In this document: positions 24,447 to 37,502 of the stretch, one piece after another
Layout of the letters: every line of letters starts with the position of its first letter
Position numbering within the stretch: the first letter of the stretch is position 1
Made by a program: the position numbers and the translations under genes
The notes under the pieces: model-generated
Seen by the model: the letters and a program-made list of their open reading frames with translations, nothing else
What the model was told of the DNA's origin: nothing
Databases searched by the model: none
NCBI RefSeq assembly: GCF_963921235.1
Contig: NC_086108.1
Span: 46,130,001-46,194,000, forward strand
From: Mobula hypostoma
Lineage: Eukaryota
Length of the DNA: 64,000 bases
Reading direction: 5' to 3'

Positions 24447-24870
24447 ATTAGATTAGATTAGATTAAATTCAATTAGATTCAACTTTATTGTCATTGTGCC
24501 GAGTACAGATACAAGCCAATGAAATGCATTTAGCATCTGACCAGAAATGCAAAGAATAGTGTTATTTACAAAATAACTGCGAATAAAAAAAGTTCTACAG
24601 CACACAAATATAAAAGTACTGAGACAGTACAATATGGATGCAATACTGCTTAGCGCTGTGATGTGAGGTTCAGCAGGGTCACAGCCTCAGGGAAGAAGCT
24701 CCTCCTGTGCCTGCTGGTGCGGGAGCGGAGGCTCCTGTAGCGCCTACTGGATGGGAGGAGAGTAAAAAGTCCATGGTTAGGGTGAGATGCATCCCTGATA
24801 ATGCTTTTCGCCCTGCCCAGGCAGCATCTATAGTAGATGTTCTCAATAGTGGGCAATTGGGTGCCGATAA
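24447..24870 (-). mobile_element. Rex1/Babar 3' fragment with (TCTAA)n tail
   Basis: ORF 24650-24856: PTIENIY..CLGRAKSIIRDASHPNHGLFTLLPSSRRYRSLRSRTSRHRRSFFPEAVTLLN. Confidence 0.9.
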
Positions 24871-25044
24871 TATTCAGTTATTATTCAGCAAGTCCTGTGA
24901 AAAAGTACATGTCGACACGGGCTGTTAGTGATGCCTAGATTCACCAACCCACCCTAAGGTATGTTAGCGCTCACATGTCACATATATAGCAAATATATTT
25001 GAATGTACTGTAACATGATGCAAGATCCCTAGTTTGGCAGCCGT

Positions 25045-25170
25045 TCATGGATTCTGCTAAAGTTACTATTCTTTAGATTTGTCAAGTATGCCCACAAGAA
25101 AATTAATCTCAGGATTGTACATGATGACGTCGGTGTAATTTGATAATAAAATTTACTTTGGACTTTGGAT
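25045..25170 (+). mobile_element. Rex1-type 3' UTR fragment
   Basis: gtatgcccacaagaaaattaatctcaggattgta...ataaaatttactttgg, also seen at 48515-48590, 58465-58530 and reversed at 63550-63625. Confidence 0.7.
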
Positions 25171-28058
25171 CAAGGTAAAGTAAACAATTTGCAATTGTGG
25201 ACACATCATCTTCAGGAAGTGAAGTGAGCAGAGAAAATGTTAGAGAAAATATAGATACTTTTCTTCAAATAAATTCTGATGACCAATGGACTGATTATTT
25301 ACTTTCAAGCTGTCCGGGCTGTCCATACATACGATCTCTTGTGTTGTGTTTGCTCGCCTATAACTACAGATAAGAATCAAAGCAGGAGATAGGACAAAAT
25401 CAGAACTCAAAATAAGTAAAACATGCAATTACAAAAATCTCAAAACCAATCAGCACATATCAAAGCACAACTATTTAACTGGTTTACCCAAGAACATTTG
25501 AGATGCTGATAGGAACAATGACCAATCAGTGAAAGTCAGCTTAGATTGGTTGTCAGCTGACCAATAGGCATTGGATGTTTCGGCTTGCTGTAACACCTCC
25601 TTCTTGAAGATGACTACCTGTAGCAATTGAACCAGGGGTTGATTTGAATTGGAACAATGGGCTTACACTGGCGATTAGTACCTCTTGGTGGTTGCAGGCC
25701 ATCACTTATCAGTGGTGGTTGTTTTGGATGGGGAAAATTGAACTCTTCCAGGAGGAGATGACGGTCTTGTTCTGTGTTTGAAAATCTGTCCGACAAATTT
25801 GTTGCGTCTTTGGGAGCACTAGGCCACAAGTGGTAGATGTGGTGATGCCTGCGATGTCTATCTATGATAACTTCGTAGGGCATTTGACAATCTGACCTGG
25901 TACCCAGGAATTTTGCCCATTGCAAAACTGTCTGGCCCACAATGCAGCTCCAGGCTTTAATGATTTCACCTCTCGCTGCCTTTGTGCACCTGGCCATCTG
26001 CTGTCTTGGATGTTGGATGTTGGATTGCATCCAGCCCTGTGCACAGTTCTCTTCCCAAAAGTGCTTCAGTTGTAGACTTCCCCTTGAGGCCTGGATGTGG
26101 TGTAATTCAGTTTGTCTGCAGAGATGTATTGAGAGTCTCGACTGATGCTGCTTCCCCTTTTGATTTCAGAAATGACTGTTTGAAGGTATCCACATACCCT
26201 CTCTGCTTGACCATTGGACTGTGGATGATACGGGTGAGCGGATGTGAATAATTCCACTGTTCTGGCAGAATGCAGCAGAGTGCTGTGAACGGAATTAAAC
26301 GACATTGTCTTAAACAATAATTTCTGGCATCCCAAGGCAGCTGTTGAATGGTAGCCTCTGCCATTGTTGAATTCATTGATAATACTTCAGGCCAATTGGA
26401 ATAGGTGTCAACCAGGACAAGGTCGACTGGGCCAGTGAAGTAAAAATGAACTCAATTCCAAGGTCTGGTAGCCTGCGGCTACGGTTGTAGATTGGCTCGA
26501 CTTGGATTCTTTGGTGCTGAGTTCACTGCTTGCATACGGATGCGCCCAGCCAGTGCACAGTTTCTTGTCAGAGTTTTCATTTGTTGACCACAGAGGAATT
26601 ATTTCAGTACTTTTGGTTGAGGTGTTCATAGAATCACTATTTTGTTTCCAAACATTAGGCAGGAGTCCACAGTTGACAGTAATGTATAACTTTGTTCAAA
26701 AGGTTCGACTTCTTCCTCAACCTTGACTAGTCATCCGTCAATGAGGTATCTGGACATACACCGAAGAGGATCTACAACGGTTTCTGCTCTGATCTTGTCA
26801 ACTGTGACAAGGATGAGGTCCAGGCATTGGCATAATTTTGTCTGACCCATGCCTATCACAGTGATACTGTTGAAATAAGCAACAACATCATCAATGCCAC
26901 TCACTGAGTCCATAAGCTGTTGGAAAAATGAAGCAGCCACTTTTACCCCAAGTATTTTGGAAATACTTTAAATATTTTGTCCCTTCTACCTGGAGATAGG
27001 TTTCAGCCAAACCCAACTTTGCAAAGTAGTGACCACCGTTCAATTTTGCAAGTCGATCTGCTGGTACCAGTAATGGGTGTGGCTGTGTCTCCAGAGAGAC
27101 ATTAAGTCCAGTTGGAAAGTCTGCACGCAACCTCACTACTGTTGACTTTCTTGACAATGACTATTGGAGCTGCCCATCGTGAACAGTTGACAGCTTTGCT
27201 GCAGGTGATCTAGCTCTTGCTCCACGACTGGTAAGCCTGCATACAGTGCTAGTCTTTTGGAACAGAAGATTGGCTTTAGGTGTGGATGGAGATGGAGTTC
27301 TGCTTGCACTCCGGTGCAGCAACCTAAACCTTCTTGACACACTGCTGCATAGCACTGGTGCAGATGTATCCACTTACTGATGGTGGTGTGGCATCGACTG
27401 ACATGATTTGAAGGGTGAATGTCTTCATACGGATCTCATCCAGAGATGAAGCTTGTCCATCCGGTCAATACCGAGCCCATTCCGACCTGGCTGGTCCGTT
27501 AGGTAACACACACTATTGACTTGGTTACGGTTCAGCTTCACCATGCAGTGCAGTTTGCCAATCAGCTGGAGTGTTCACCCGATGCACTGTGGGTGGTGTG
27601 AGGAGTTGATCTGACTGGTGGGACCCAAGTGCCCGCCACATCCATTTGGAGATAATGGTAGTGTCTGACGCCATTTGGAGTTGTAGCTGGACCAAAAGAT
27701 TGTTGATAAATCCATTGATGTATCATCTCCTGGGAGCAAAGACAACTTTGAATGTGACCATTAATTCCTTGTAGATTTTGATGGCTTTTGAAACTTCTTG
27801 TCCTTGTGTTTCACTAGCTGAGAAGAGAGTGAAGGATAGCAAAAGCCCTCGTGATCATGCATTGGCATTTCTTGTATTGGCAGTTCCTTGTGTGATGCCA
27901 CATACCACAGTTCTAACAAGCTGTGCCTGGCTGATTGGAGATATGCTGAGTGATGACGGCTGGGCCACTGGAAACTGCATTGACATGGTTCTGTTTGGTC
28001 AGGTTGGAATCATGTTTCAGGTTGATCAAATGCTGACATCCTTCAGTGACAGCTTGTA

Positions 28059-28525
28059 CATAAGAACATAAGAAATAGGAGCAGGAGTAGGCCGTCTGGC
28101 CCATTGAGCCTGCCCCGCCATTCAATAAGATCATGGCTGATCTGTCCGTAAACTCACCTCCATCTACCTGCCTTTTCCCCATAACCCTTAATTCCCTTAC
28201 TATGTAAAAACCTATCTAGCTGTTTCTTAAATATATTTAGTGAAGAAGCCTTAACTGCTTCCCTGAGCAGAGAATTCCACAGATTCACCACTCTCTGGGA
28301 AAAACAGTTTCTCCTCATCTCCGTCCTAATCCTTCTCCCCTGAATCTTGAGGCAATGTCCTCTAGCTCTAGTCTCACCTACCAATGGAAACAACTTTCCT
28401 ACTTCTATCTTATCTATCCCTTTCAAAATTTTGTATGTTTTTATAAGATGCCCTCTCATTCTTCAGAACTCCAGAGAGTAGGTGACTCAATCTCTCCTCA
28501 TAGGTTAACCCCTTCATCCCTGGAG
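28059..28525 (-). mobile_element. CR1 3' fragment nested in Gypsy gag
   Basis: ORF 28154-28459 MRGHLIKTYKILKG...FSQRVVNLWNSL, with an (TTCTTATG)n tail. Confidence 0.92.
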
Positions 28526-29220
28526 TCATATCCAGTCTGGCCAGGAGCCTGAAGTCTACAAATAAACATCAGACATTCGGACTGTGATTCAGTCATGTTA
28601 CCCAGTTTGAACTTTTCATATTCGCGATTGATGACATGGTCATATGTGATGAAGCCATCGGTATTGTGTTTAACAAGTTTTAGGCAATGCTCGCAAACGT
28701 TGAAGAGAGATGACTGCTCTCCAAAATGCCTGTTAGCTGTTGGATAGTTTCGTCAAACGGTAGGCACGCGGTTTTTAAAGGCAGACTGAAGTTGAAATAA
28801 TGCTCATGTTCAGCAGTACCCTACTTTTGCAGCAAACTGTGTTTCCAGGAGTCATGTTTACTGGCGAACTTGACCCAGAATATATCTTCATAATGCTTAA
28901 ATGCTGCTTGCGGAGCTGCATTGAACTGAAAGTTGATCATGGACACAACAACTGACTCACATGAGTTCTGCTCAGTGTTTGCTACCGACGTCATTTGCAC
29001 TCACTGATAACCTGCGGGTCACGAATTGAGCTTGCAGCAAGACTTCCACTGGAGGGCTTCCGGTAGAGCTCATGGAGTGAAGTCGTGTTCTTGACTCGCT
29101 CCATTACCTCTGAGCTTTATCCTATGATCAGCTACATTTAAGCTAACTTTTAAGGCACCGATTCTTACAATACCTTGCAGCGGATTGCTATTATATATTT
29201 GGATGTTTTTAAGGTCCGCT

Positions 29221-30020
29221 ATGTCTAAGAATGGGAAAGATGGCAAACCTCTAGTTAGACTGAAAGCTACCGACCCCCTCCGATTGAACCAGCGGTAACT
29301 ATGCAAGTTATATCGGATCTGATTCATGTGGAAATTTCAACTAAACTGCAGAAAATCATCGATGAAATTGATAAAATGAAAACATCTATCACGGAACATC
29401 AGACTGCTATATCTAATCTCCAAGTATCCACGCAACAGAATGAACTCAAGATGGGGAAAATTGAAGAAACAATTAGTACAATGAAGAAAAAACTTGACTT
29501 TCTTACCTTTAAAAATTCTGATTTAGAATGCAGAATGAGATGTCAAAATATAAGGATTCTTGGTCTTCGTGAAGCTGCCGAATCTGATGACTCTATAAAG
29601 TTTTTCTCTCAACTTTTAAAAGATTCATTTCCCACCTTATTTCCTGATCAACCACCACTATTGGATCAGGCTCACAGAGTCCCATTATATTTGCCTTAGT
29701 CAGATAAACCTCGGCAAGTTATTTTACGATTTCTTTATTTTCAAGACAAGGAGAAGCTGCTTCGCTTTGCTCGACCTAAAGGGTATATTGATTTCTCGGA
29801 TCTCCGTTTTCGATTGGTGGAGGATTTTAGTAAACAGGTTCGTGATCAACGTGTCAGTTACAGATCTGTGATGTCGGAATTCTGCAAGATAGATTTAAAA
29901 CCAGTGTTGCTTTATCCCGCACGTTTAAGGATTCGATTGTCTGATGGGTCTTCCCGTTTTTTCGACTCTCCGTTGGAAGCCCAGAGTTACCTGGATCAAC
30001 ATTTACCTTCAACATCCTAA
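29221..30020 (+). pseudogene. L1 ORF1p (coiled coil, RRM, CTD), disrupted
   Basis: DLECRMRCQNIRILGLRE, LDQAHRV and VEDFS...LLYPARLRI..FFDSP..A are L1 ORF1 motifs. A frameshift and a stop are present. Confidence 0.88.
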
Positions 30021-30717
30021 TCACACTATTAAATCATTTCTGTTTGATTGGAGGCTGTTAATCTGTTGGATTTAATTTCTTTCTTTTGCTCTATATGAGG
30101 GCAGAAATGTTTTTTTTTCCGGTTTAATTAATATGGCTGCCAAACTTTTTTTTAACTGCGCCATTCCTTTCTTCTTCCCTGGGGATTCTGGGTGGCCATT
30201 CCCACAGCATCATTTTACGCACATTCCTGGAGGCCTTAAACTTTGTAGTTTTTGTAGTTTTTTTTGGCTAGTCTATGCTGATATTTCATTTTCTTGTTTA
30301 ATTATACGGTCTGTTGTAGGTTAACAGTTTTCTTTATATATACCTGTTTTTTCTTTGTATTATATCATTTTCATTTTAATCGGTGTACTTTTTTTAACTC
30401 TTCTACTGTTTTATAACTTTAGCTGATCTTTTTATATATACAATTTTTTTAATGAGCGTCTATCGGAAGTCATGGGGGTAGATCTAGTGCTCGCTTCTTT
30501 CTGGCTAGTCTATCTTAGATTTAGCTTTGGGGTTACAGGGCGGAGGGTTGGGGGGGCTTCACTTCTTAGTTTTTCTATCTTCTTGGGCTACTTATATTAT
30601 TGAAGTATTTGTCGCGTCCTCTTTCTCGCTATCTCATGTTTATTCTGTTCCCTTTCCAGGTTCGTTGGTCGAACCTATTGTCAATCCTCCTTTATTTGAG
30701 GGTTGACTTTAGGGATT

Positions 30718-33700
30718 ATGGAGTCTACTATTAATTTTGTCTCTTGGAATACTAACAGTCTTCATCATCCAATTAAAAGGAAAAAAATCTTTAAAGTATT
30801 CCGGAGACTTAAAGCAGATATTCTATTTTTACAAGAGACCCATGTGCGGAGGGGAGACAGATTACATTTTTTTAAGTTCTGGAAGGGTCAGCACTTCCAT
30901 TCGAATTCCAACGCCAACATTCGGAGATTTTCTATTTTTGTAGATCCCTCAATCACTCTTGTGCAACACGATATTATCTCTGATCCGAATGATAGATTTC
31001 TATTGGTTAGTGGTTTACTCTTTAATAAAAAGGTAGTTTTGGTTAACGTCTATGCTCCAAACCTGGACTGTCCGGAATTTTATAAATCATTATTTAATTT
31101 GTTCCCGAATTTGAATGAGTTTTCACTAATCTGGGGCAGAGATCTTAATACTTGTTTATCCCATTATTGGACCGTTCGGCTCCTATATGGACTCTACCCA
31201 ATAAATCAGCAACCTTGATTAATTCATTTCTCTCAGATTCCGGGTCGACGGACATTTGGCGATTTTTGCATCCCCAGGAAAAAGACTTCTCTTTTTTTCA
31301 CATGTTCATCATTCCTATTCAAGAATTGATTATTTTTTATTGACTCTCATCTTATTTCTTCAGTGGTTAAATGACTCTATAGCCATTTCGGATCGTGCTC
31401 CACTTAAGCTTTCTATTAAAATATTGGCCAATACACAAAATAATAGACAATGGCGTTTTAATTCGCTATTACTTCAGGACTTGGATTTTGTTAACTTTAT
31501 GAATGAACAGATTGATCTCTTTTTTACAATCAACTGTACAAAGGATATATCCATGAACACCCTTTGGGATACTTTTAAAGCTTATATTCGTGGCCAGATC
31601 ATCTCGTACTCTACTGTTTTGAGAAGAAGATTGAAGGAGGAGGAGCTGGTTCTTGTGGACAAGATTAAGGAAATTGATAAGAAATATGCTACAGCTCCCT
31701 CTGAGAAGTTGTATAAACAAAGAACTGAACTTCAAATAGAACACAGTTTATTACTTCCGTCCTCTATTGCAAATCAGTTAATGAAAACAAGAAGCAAATT
31801 TTATATACATAGCGACAAAGTTGGTAAACTGTTGGCTAATCAGTTGAAGGCTAACTCTACTAAATTTCAAATTAATCAGATTTATAATCAAAAAGATCAA
31901 CTGACATTTGATCAAGCTGAGATTAATCAATCCTTTTTTGACTTTTATTCCTCTTTATATCAATCAGGGTCTCCACGAGATTCTAAACATATGTGTGACT
32001 TTTTAGATAACCCAGATTTCCCCAAAATTTCACACGATATATGTTCTATGTTAGACACTTCCTTTACCACTGATGAGATTAAGAATGTTATTTTTTCTAT
32101 GAACCCGGGGAAAGCTCCTGGTCCTGATGGGTTTACCATGGAATTTAAAAAATTTTTTGCATCCTCATTAATCCCTTGGCTATTCAGGGTTCTGGAGGCC
32201 TCATTAAAACTTAGTAAACTACCCGAATCCTTTTATAGCGCATCGATCTCTTTAATATTAAAGAAGGATAAAGACCCCGCTCAATGTGCATCTTATAGAC
32301 CAATATCCTTGTTAAATGTTGACGCTAAAATTTTTTCTAAATTATTAGCAAACAGACTAGAAAAAGCACTTCCTTATATTATCTCGGAAGACCAAATGGG
32401 TTTTATTAAAAATCGTTATTCTTTTTATAATATTCGTACACTTTTAAACATTATTTATACCCCGTCACAAAATGATCCTGAATGCATCATTTCCCTAGAC
32501 GCTGAAAAAGCCTTTGACAGGGTCGAATGGCCTTACTTATTTAAGGTGCTTGAAATGTTTAACTTCAGCCCGAAATTTATATCCTGGATCAGATTGTTAT
32601 ATCATTCTCCTATGGCCTCAGTTCGTACTAACTCTTTAAATTCACCCTTTTTTCCTCTTTTTCGAGCTACCAGACAAGGTTGTCCTCTTAGTCCTTTATT
32701 ATTTGATATAGCATTAGAACCTCTTGCAATTGCTATTCAAGAATCTCCTAACATTATTGGTATAACTCGTGGTTTAAAGTCTCATAAAGTATCACTTTAT
32801 GCTGATGACTTACTTTTATATATTTCTAATCCTCAAAAATCTATTCCTGCAGCTTTAGATTTATTAGCACAATTTAGTCTTTTTTCAGGTTATAAGTTAA
32901 ATCTCAATAAGAATGAATTTTTCCCAGTTAATAAGCAAGTTCCCTTATATCAGAACCTGCCGTTTAAATTGGCTAATAATCATTTTTCATATCTTGGGAT
33001 TAAAATTACCTGCAAAAACATAAGGATTTATTTAAGCCTAATTTCCTACCCTTAATTGACCACATTACACAACTTTCATTTAAATGGTCTCCATTTTATC
33101 TAACTTTGATTGGTCATATTAATGCTGTTAAGATGTTTATTCTGCCAAAATTTTTATATATATTTTAGGCATTACCGATTTTTGTTCCAAAATCCTTTTT
33201 TGACAAAGTTGACTCTAAAATTTCTTCATTTATTTGACAAAATAAAAACCCAAGACTGGGTAGAATACATCTACAGAAAGCTAAGAGAGATGGAGGTTTG
33301 GCATTACCTAATTTTAGATTCTATTATTGGGCAATTAATATTCGACACATGAAACTTTGGTTACTTGACCAAGATACACTATCCATTCCTAAATGGGTAC
33401 TATTGGAATTACAATCTGCTCAAGGTTATGCACTTGACTCCATTTTAGGTTCTTCTCTTCCTTTCGATTTGAAACGCCATAAACAGGTTTGTAATCCGAT
33501 AGTTAAACATACCTTACGCATTTGGTTTCAATTCCGAAAATTTTTCGATCTAAATCAATTTGGACTAGCGATTCCTATTTTAAGCAACATATGCTTTCCC
33601 CCCTCTTCTACGGACCGTGCCTTTTAAATTTTGAAGACCATTGGTATATCATGGTTTTTGGATTTATTTTCAGATGGCTCCCTTACGTCTTTTGAACAAT

Positions 33701-34442
33701 TATCTAACAAATATAACTTATCAAGAATACATTTCTTTAGATATCTCCAAGTTAGAAATTTCCTAAGTACCATACTTTCTTCCTTTCCGGCGTTACCCCC
33801 TACATATATTTTAGATACCAGAATTAACCTTAACCCGTGTCAGAAAGGTGTAACGGCTATTATTTATAATACTATCATGAAATTTAGGACAGCTCCATTC
33901 GATAAGATTAGGTCCGAATGGGAAAAGGAATTGGGCTTCACTATTTTGGCGGATGACTGGGCGTATATTTTACAACTAGTCAATACTTCCTCTATCTGTT
34001 CCCAACATTCCCTAATTCAATTTAAAGTTGTTCATAGAGCACGTATGTCTAAAGATAAATTAGCTCGTTTTTATTCTCATATTAACCCTCTTTGTGATAG
34101 ATGTCATGGGGAGATAGCTACCTTAACTCATATGTTTTGGTCCTGTCCTACTCTGGAAACTTTTTGGAAAGAAATTTTTAATATTATCTCAAAGGTATTG
34201 AATACAGATATTTCTCCCCATCCTATTACTGCTATCTTTGGATTACCTAAAACTTCCAGTAATCTTTCCCCTTCAGCCCGTAGAATGATTGCATTTCTTA
34301 CTATAATGGCGAAAAGATGTATTTTACAACATTGGAAGGAGATTAATGCCCCAACTACCTTTTTTTGGTTTTCTCAAACGATACTATGTTTAAATTTGAA
34401 CAGACCTGGAGATCTTTAATTCAACATTTTCATTTAATGTAA
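30718..34442 (+). pseudogene. L1 ORF2p (APE endonuclease, RT, CCHC), several frameshifts and stops
   Basis: SWNTNSL, ADILFLQETH, NVYAPN, SRIDYF, KAPGPDGF, SLDAEKAFDRVEW, RQGCPLSP, YADD, CDRC..HMFWSC. Confidence 0.95.
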
Positions 34443-35116
34443 CTTTTTTTTTCTCTTTGACCATATTTACATTCCCTTCTTGGTTTTTAACTGTTATTAA
34501 TGGAGGTCGGGTTTAAGGACGTGATTGTTTAAGTTGTTTATGTCTACTTGGCACCTAGTTAGCCCATTGCTTTGTTTTGCTTTTTAGGTTAGTTGCACGG
34601 TGGGTTTTTAAAAATTTTTTTTGGGGGGTTTTTTCTTCTCTTTATTGATATATATGGAAAATTAGTATACTACTATATTACCTCATTATTTTATAACTAA
34701 ACTGCACTGTTTGTACTTTTTTTATGTATTAATATCTCTTGTAAATTTATATCGCAACAGTGTATTAGTTTCTATATGTTTTACCTTTTGTGTACTAATT
34801 CAATAAAAAGATTTAAAAAGAAAGAAAGAAAGACTTCCGCTGAAATTAGCATGTTGGTATAATACAGCATCCTATAGCTAATTTCTTGTGTTCGCTCGCC
34901 TATAACTACTGATGACACCCGAAACCAGCAGATAGGATAAAGCTGAAATACAAAATAACCCTTTATTCAGAAACACCACACAACTACAAAAATTGCAAAA
35001 CTAAGCAGTACATCCCAAAGCACGACAATTTAAATGGTTTACTCAAGAATATTCGAAGTGTTGATCGGAACAATGATCAAACAACCTGGGATTGGTTGTC
35101 ATGATCAATAGGCATT

Positions 35117-35810
35117 GATTAGATTAGATTATGAGAACACTCAGTCCTCTTTTATTGTCATTTAGAAATGCATAAATGCATTAAGAAATGATACAATGTT
35201 TCTCCAGAGTGATATCACAGAAAACAAGACAGACCAAAGACTAACACTGGCAGAACCACATAATTATAACAGATAGTTACAGCAGTACAAAGCAATACCA
35301 TACTTTGATGAAGAACAAACCATGGACATGGTAAAAATAGTCTCAAAGTCCCGAGTCGATTAACTCCCAAGTCCCTGATAGCAGGCGGCAAAAGGGAGAA
35401 ACTCCCTGCCATGAACCTCCAGGCACCGTCAACTTGCCGATACCTTGGAAGCAGCCGACCACAGCCGACACTGAGTCCATCCGTCCGAAAATTCGAGCTT
35501 CCGACCAGCCTTTCCGATACAGCCTCCCAAACGCCATCCTCTGCCGAGCGCCTTCGACCTCTCCCCGGCCACTGAAACAAGCAAAGCCGAGGATTCGGGG
35601 CCTTCTGCTCCGGAGATTCCGGTTACCACACAGTAGCAGCGGCAGCGAAGCGGGTATTTCAGAAGTTTTCCAGATGTTCCTCCGTACTCTCACGTCCATC
35701 TCCATCAAATCAGAATTGTGCACGGTCCCCTACTTGACAGATAACAGATATTCATCACCGAAGTGGCCGCGCGCGCTGCCGTCGCACCGCCATCTTCTCC
35801 CCCCTCCCGG
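35117..35810 (-). mobile_element. CpG-rich non-autonomous SINE-like element with a Rex1-type tail, nested in the Gypsy 5' LTR
   Basis: 5' end on minus is GGGAGGGGGGAGAAGATGGCGG (YY1-like). The 3' end shares aatgacaataaa and (TCTAA)n with the Rex1 at 24447-24500. No RT motifs. LTR homology resumes on both sides. Confidence 0.7.
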
Positions 35811-35989
35811 GGAGATGCCTTGCTGTAACATCTTTTTAATTTATAACATATAAAATATTTACGGCCTGTTCATTTATGGTGGTGGCCTTTTTTCCCAGCT
35901 GGGTTGCATCTTAACACAGATTACAGACCGGAATAAAGACTACCGTGCTTTGAGTGGTGAATAAAATCTGACTTAATCCTGTTTCTTTA

Positions 35990-36295
35990 AGGTCAAAGTT
36001 GAGTTGATTGAATTGTCGTAGATACAAAAACACCTATGCAAAAGAGCAATGAAGAACTTACTTGCAGCAGCATAACAGACACATTGTATCAGATACACAG
36101 CATTCAAAGAAAAACATAAACATATATCTTACACTATTTTTACAAGAAAGAACACAATTAGAACAAAAGAAAGTCCATTATAGTGCAAAGTGATCAGAGA
36201 GGTCACAGGGTTGCAGTACTGAGTTAATGGTTAGAGTTGTGTACATTGGTTCGAGGACTGAATGGTTGAAGGGAAGTTGCTATTCTTGAAACTTC
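35990..36295 (-). mobile_element. Rex1-type 3' fragment
   Basis: gaatggttgaagggaagttgctattcttgaa encodes FKNSNFPSTI on minus, followed by the UTR and a caactttgac tail. Confidence 0.65.
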
Positions 36296-36951
36296 TTCTT
36301 ATCCAAGAGTTGTGATTTAAAGTTCAGAACATTCAGTTGTGACTGAGATGGTAGCATCCCCACCTCAAGCCTTAAGGCTTATGTCCTGCTCCAGAGGCTC
36401 GAGGAGATATAGACGGCAACTCCACTGCAAGACGGATAAAAAGTGATGATCAGATTGAAATAGGATAGTGCAGGGAACAGTGAATATCCAAAGATAGGTC
36501 AGGAGATGATGAATAATTATCTAAAATTACCAGTAGAAAAGAAGAAACAAGAACTGTGAATGGTTAAAACGTGAGATACAAAGGCTGGAATTGCTGAAAA
36601 TCATGTTGAGTCCAGAAGAACAATATAGCTGAGATATTTATGTACAGTTTTGTTGGAGAAGTACAGAAGATTGTCTGGAATTAAAGTGACTGGAGACTAC
36701 GGTTCCACTGGCAGGCAAAGGGAAATGAGGAGAAAACAGTCATGCTGTTCTGTATTTAGTTTCTGCACATGGAAGAAACCTACTGTGAGCCCTGAGTGCC
36801 TTACACCTGCGAAACATTGCCGAGTATAATGATAATTGCTAGAGATTATTCTTCAGTTATGAAATTATGAAGAGCAGATATTAATAAAAATAAGGACACA
36901 AGTGACTTCTGCCCTTTCTGCCTGGAGGGGGAGGAGCACAAGCTGATAGGT

Positions 36952-37175
36952 CATAAGACATAGAAGCAGAATTAGGCCATTTAGCCCATTGAGTCTGCTC
37001 CGCCATTCAATGGTGGCTGATCCTTTTTTCCCCTCTTCAGCCCACTCTCCGACCTACTCCCCACAAGCTTTGATGCCGTGTCCAATCAAGAACCTGTCAA
37101 GCTCTGCCTTAAATACACCCAATGACCTGGCCCCCACAGCTGCCTCTGGCAATAAATTCTACAAATTAACCACTA
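36952..37175 (-). mobile_element. CR1 3' end, among degraded PLE/SINE relics (36330-37210)
   Basis: cataagacatagaagcagaattaggccatttagccc is the reverse of the CR1 tail. Confidence 0.85.
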
Positions 37176-37502
37176 CAGGCGAGTCCAAGTGAGGGGAAGG
37201 ATAGGTGGGTGGGCATCTACGAAATAGTACAGACCCATTAATTGCAATCTCATTTCTGAAACCCGGATTTCTTTGAGAATCTAGTTTCTGGCTGTAGCCG
37301 AGGAAAGATGCATTGCACGACCTTTGATGTCATCGGCAGTACAAAAGATGCCCAACTAACGCCAGCCGTGTGAAAGTGAATTGTGCTAGGAGAAGGTATG
37401 TCAATGCCCAGATGGCTGCTACCCGATGCCAGGGGAAAAAAAATCACTCATACGATCTGACAGGCATAGCATGGGCTCCTATGAGAAAAAATGTGCAAAA
37501 TA

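Larger units (their letters stand above)
29054..34829 (+). mobile_element. Full-length L1 LINE (~5.8 kb), inactivated
   Basis: Starts gggcttccgg and ends aataaa...(GAAA)n. Imperfect 15-bp TSD: aagacttccactgga (29039-29053) and aagacttccgctgaa (34830-34844). Contains ORF1, a spacer and ORF2. Confidence 0.95.
25342..35830 (-). mobile_element. Old Gypsy (Mag/K02A2.6-like) LTR retrotransposon with both LTRs, hosting three nested insertions
   Basis: 3' LTR 25342-25595 is preceded on minus by the PPT AAGAAGGAGG. 5' LTR 34884-35830 is interrupted. Both begin TGTTACAGCA on minus. Flanks tcttg/tcttt suggest a 5-bp TSD with one mismatch. pol remnants: HPYHPQSNGQAER (integrase) and FAKLGLAETYLQVE (RT). 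Confidence 0.85.

Noticed and set aside
31256..33055. 599-aa ORF as a host gene or active L1
   Set aside because: It is part of L1 ORF2, which has frameshifts and stops on both sides.
35215..35853. Overlapping GC-rich ORFs or a host CpG-island promoter
   Set aside because: They lie within an insertion in a Gypsy LTR, and GC richness explains the lack of stops.
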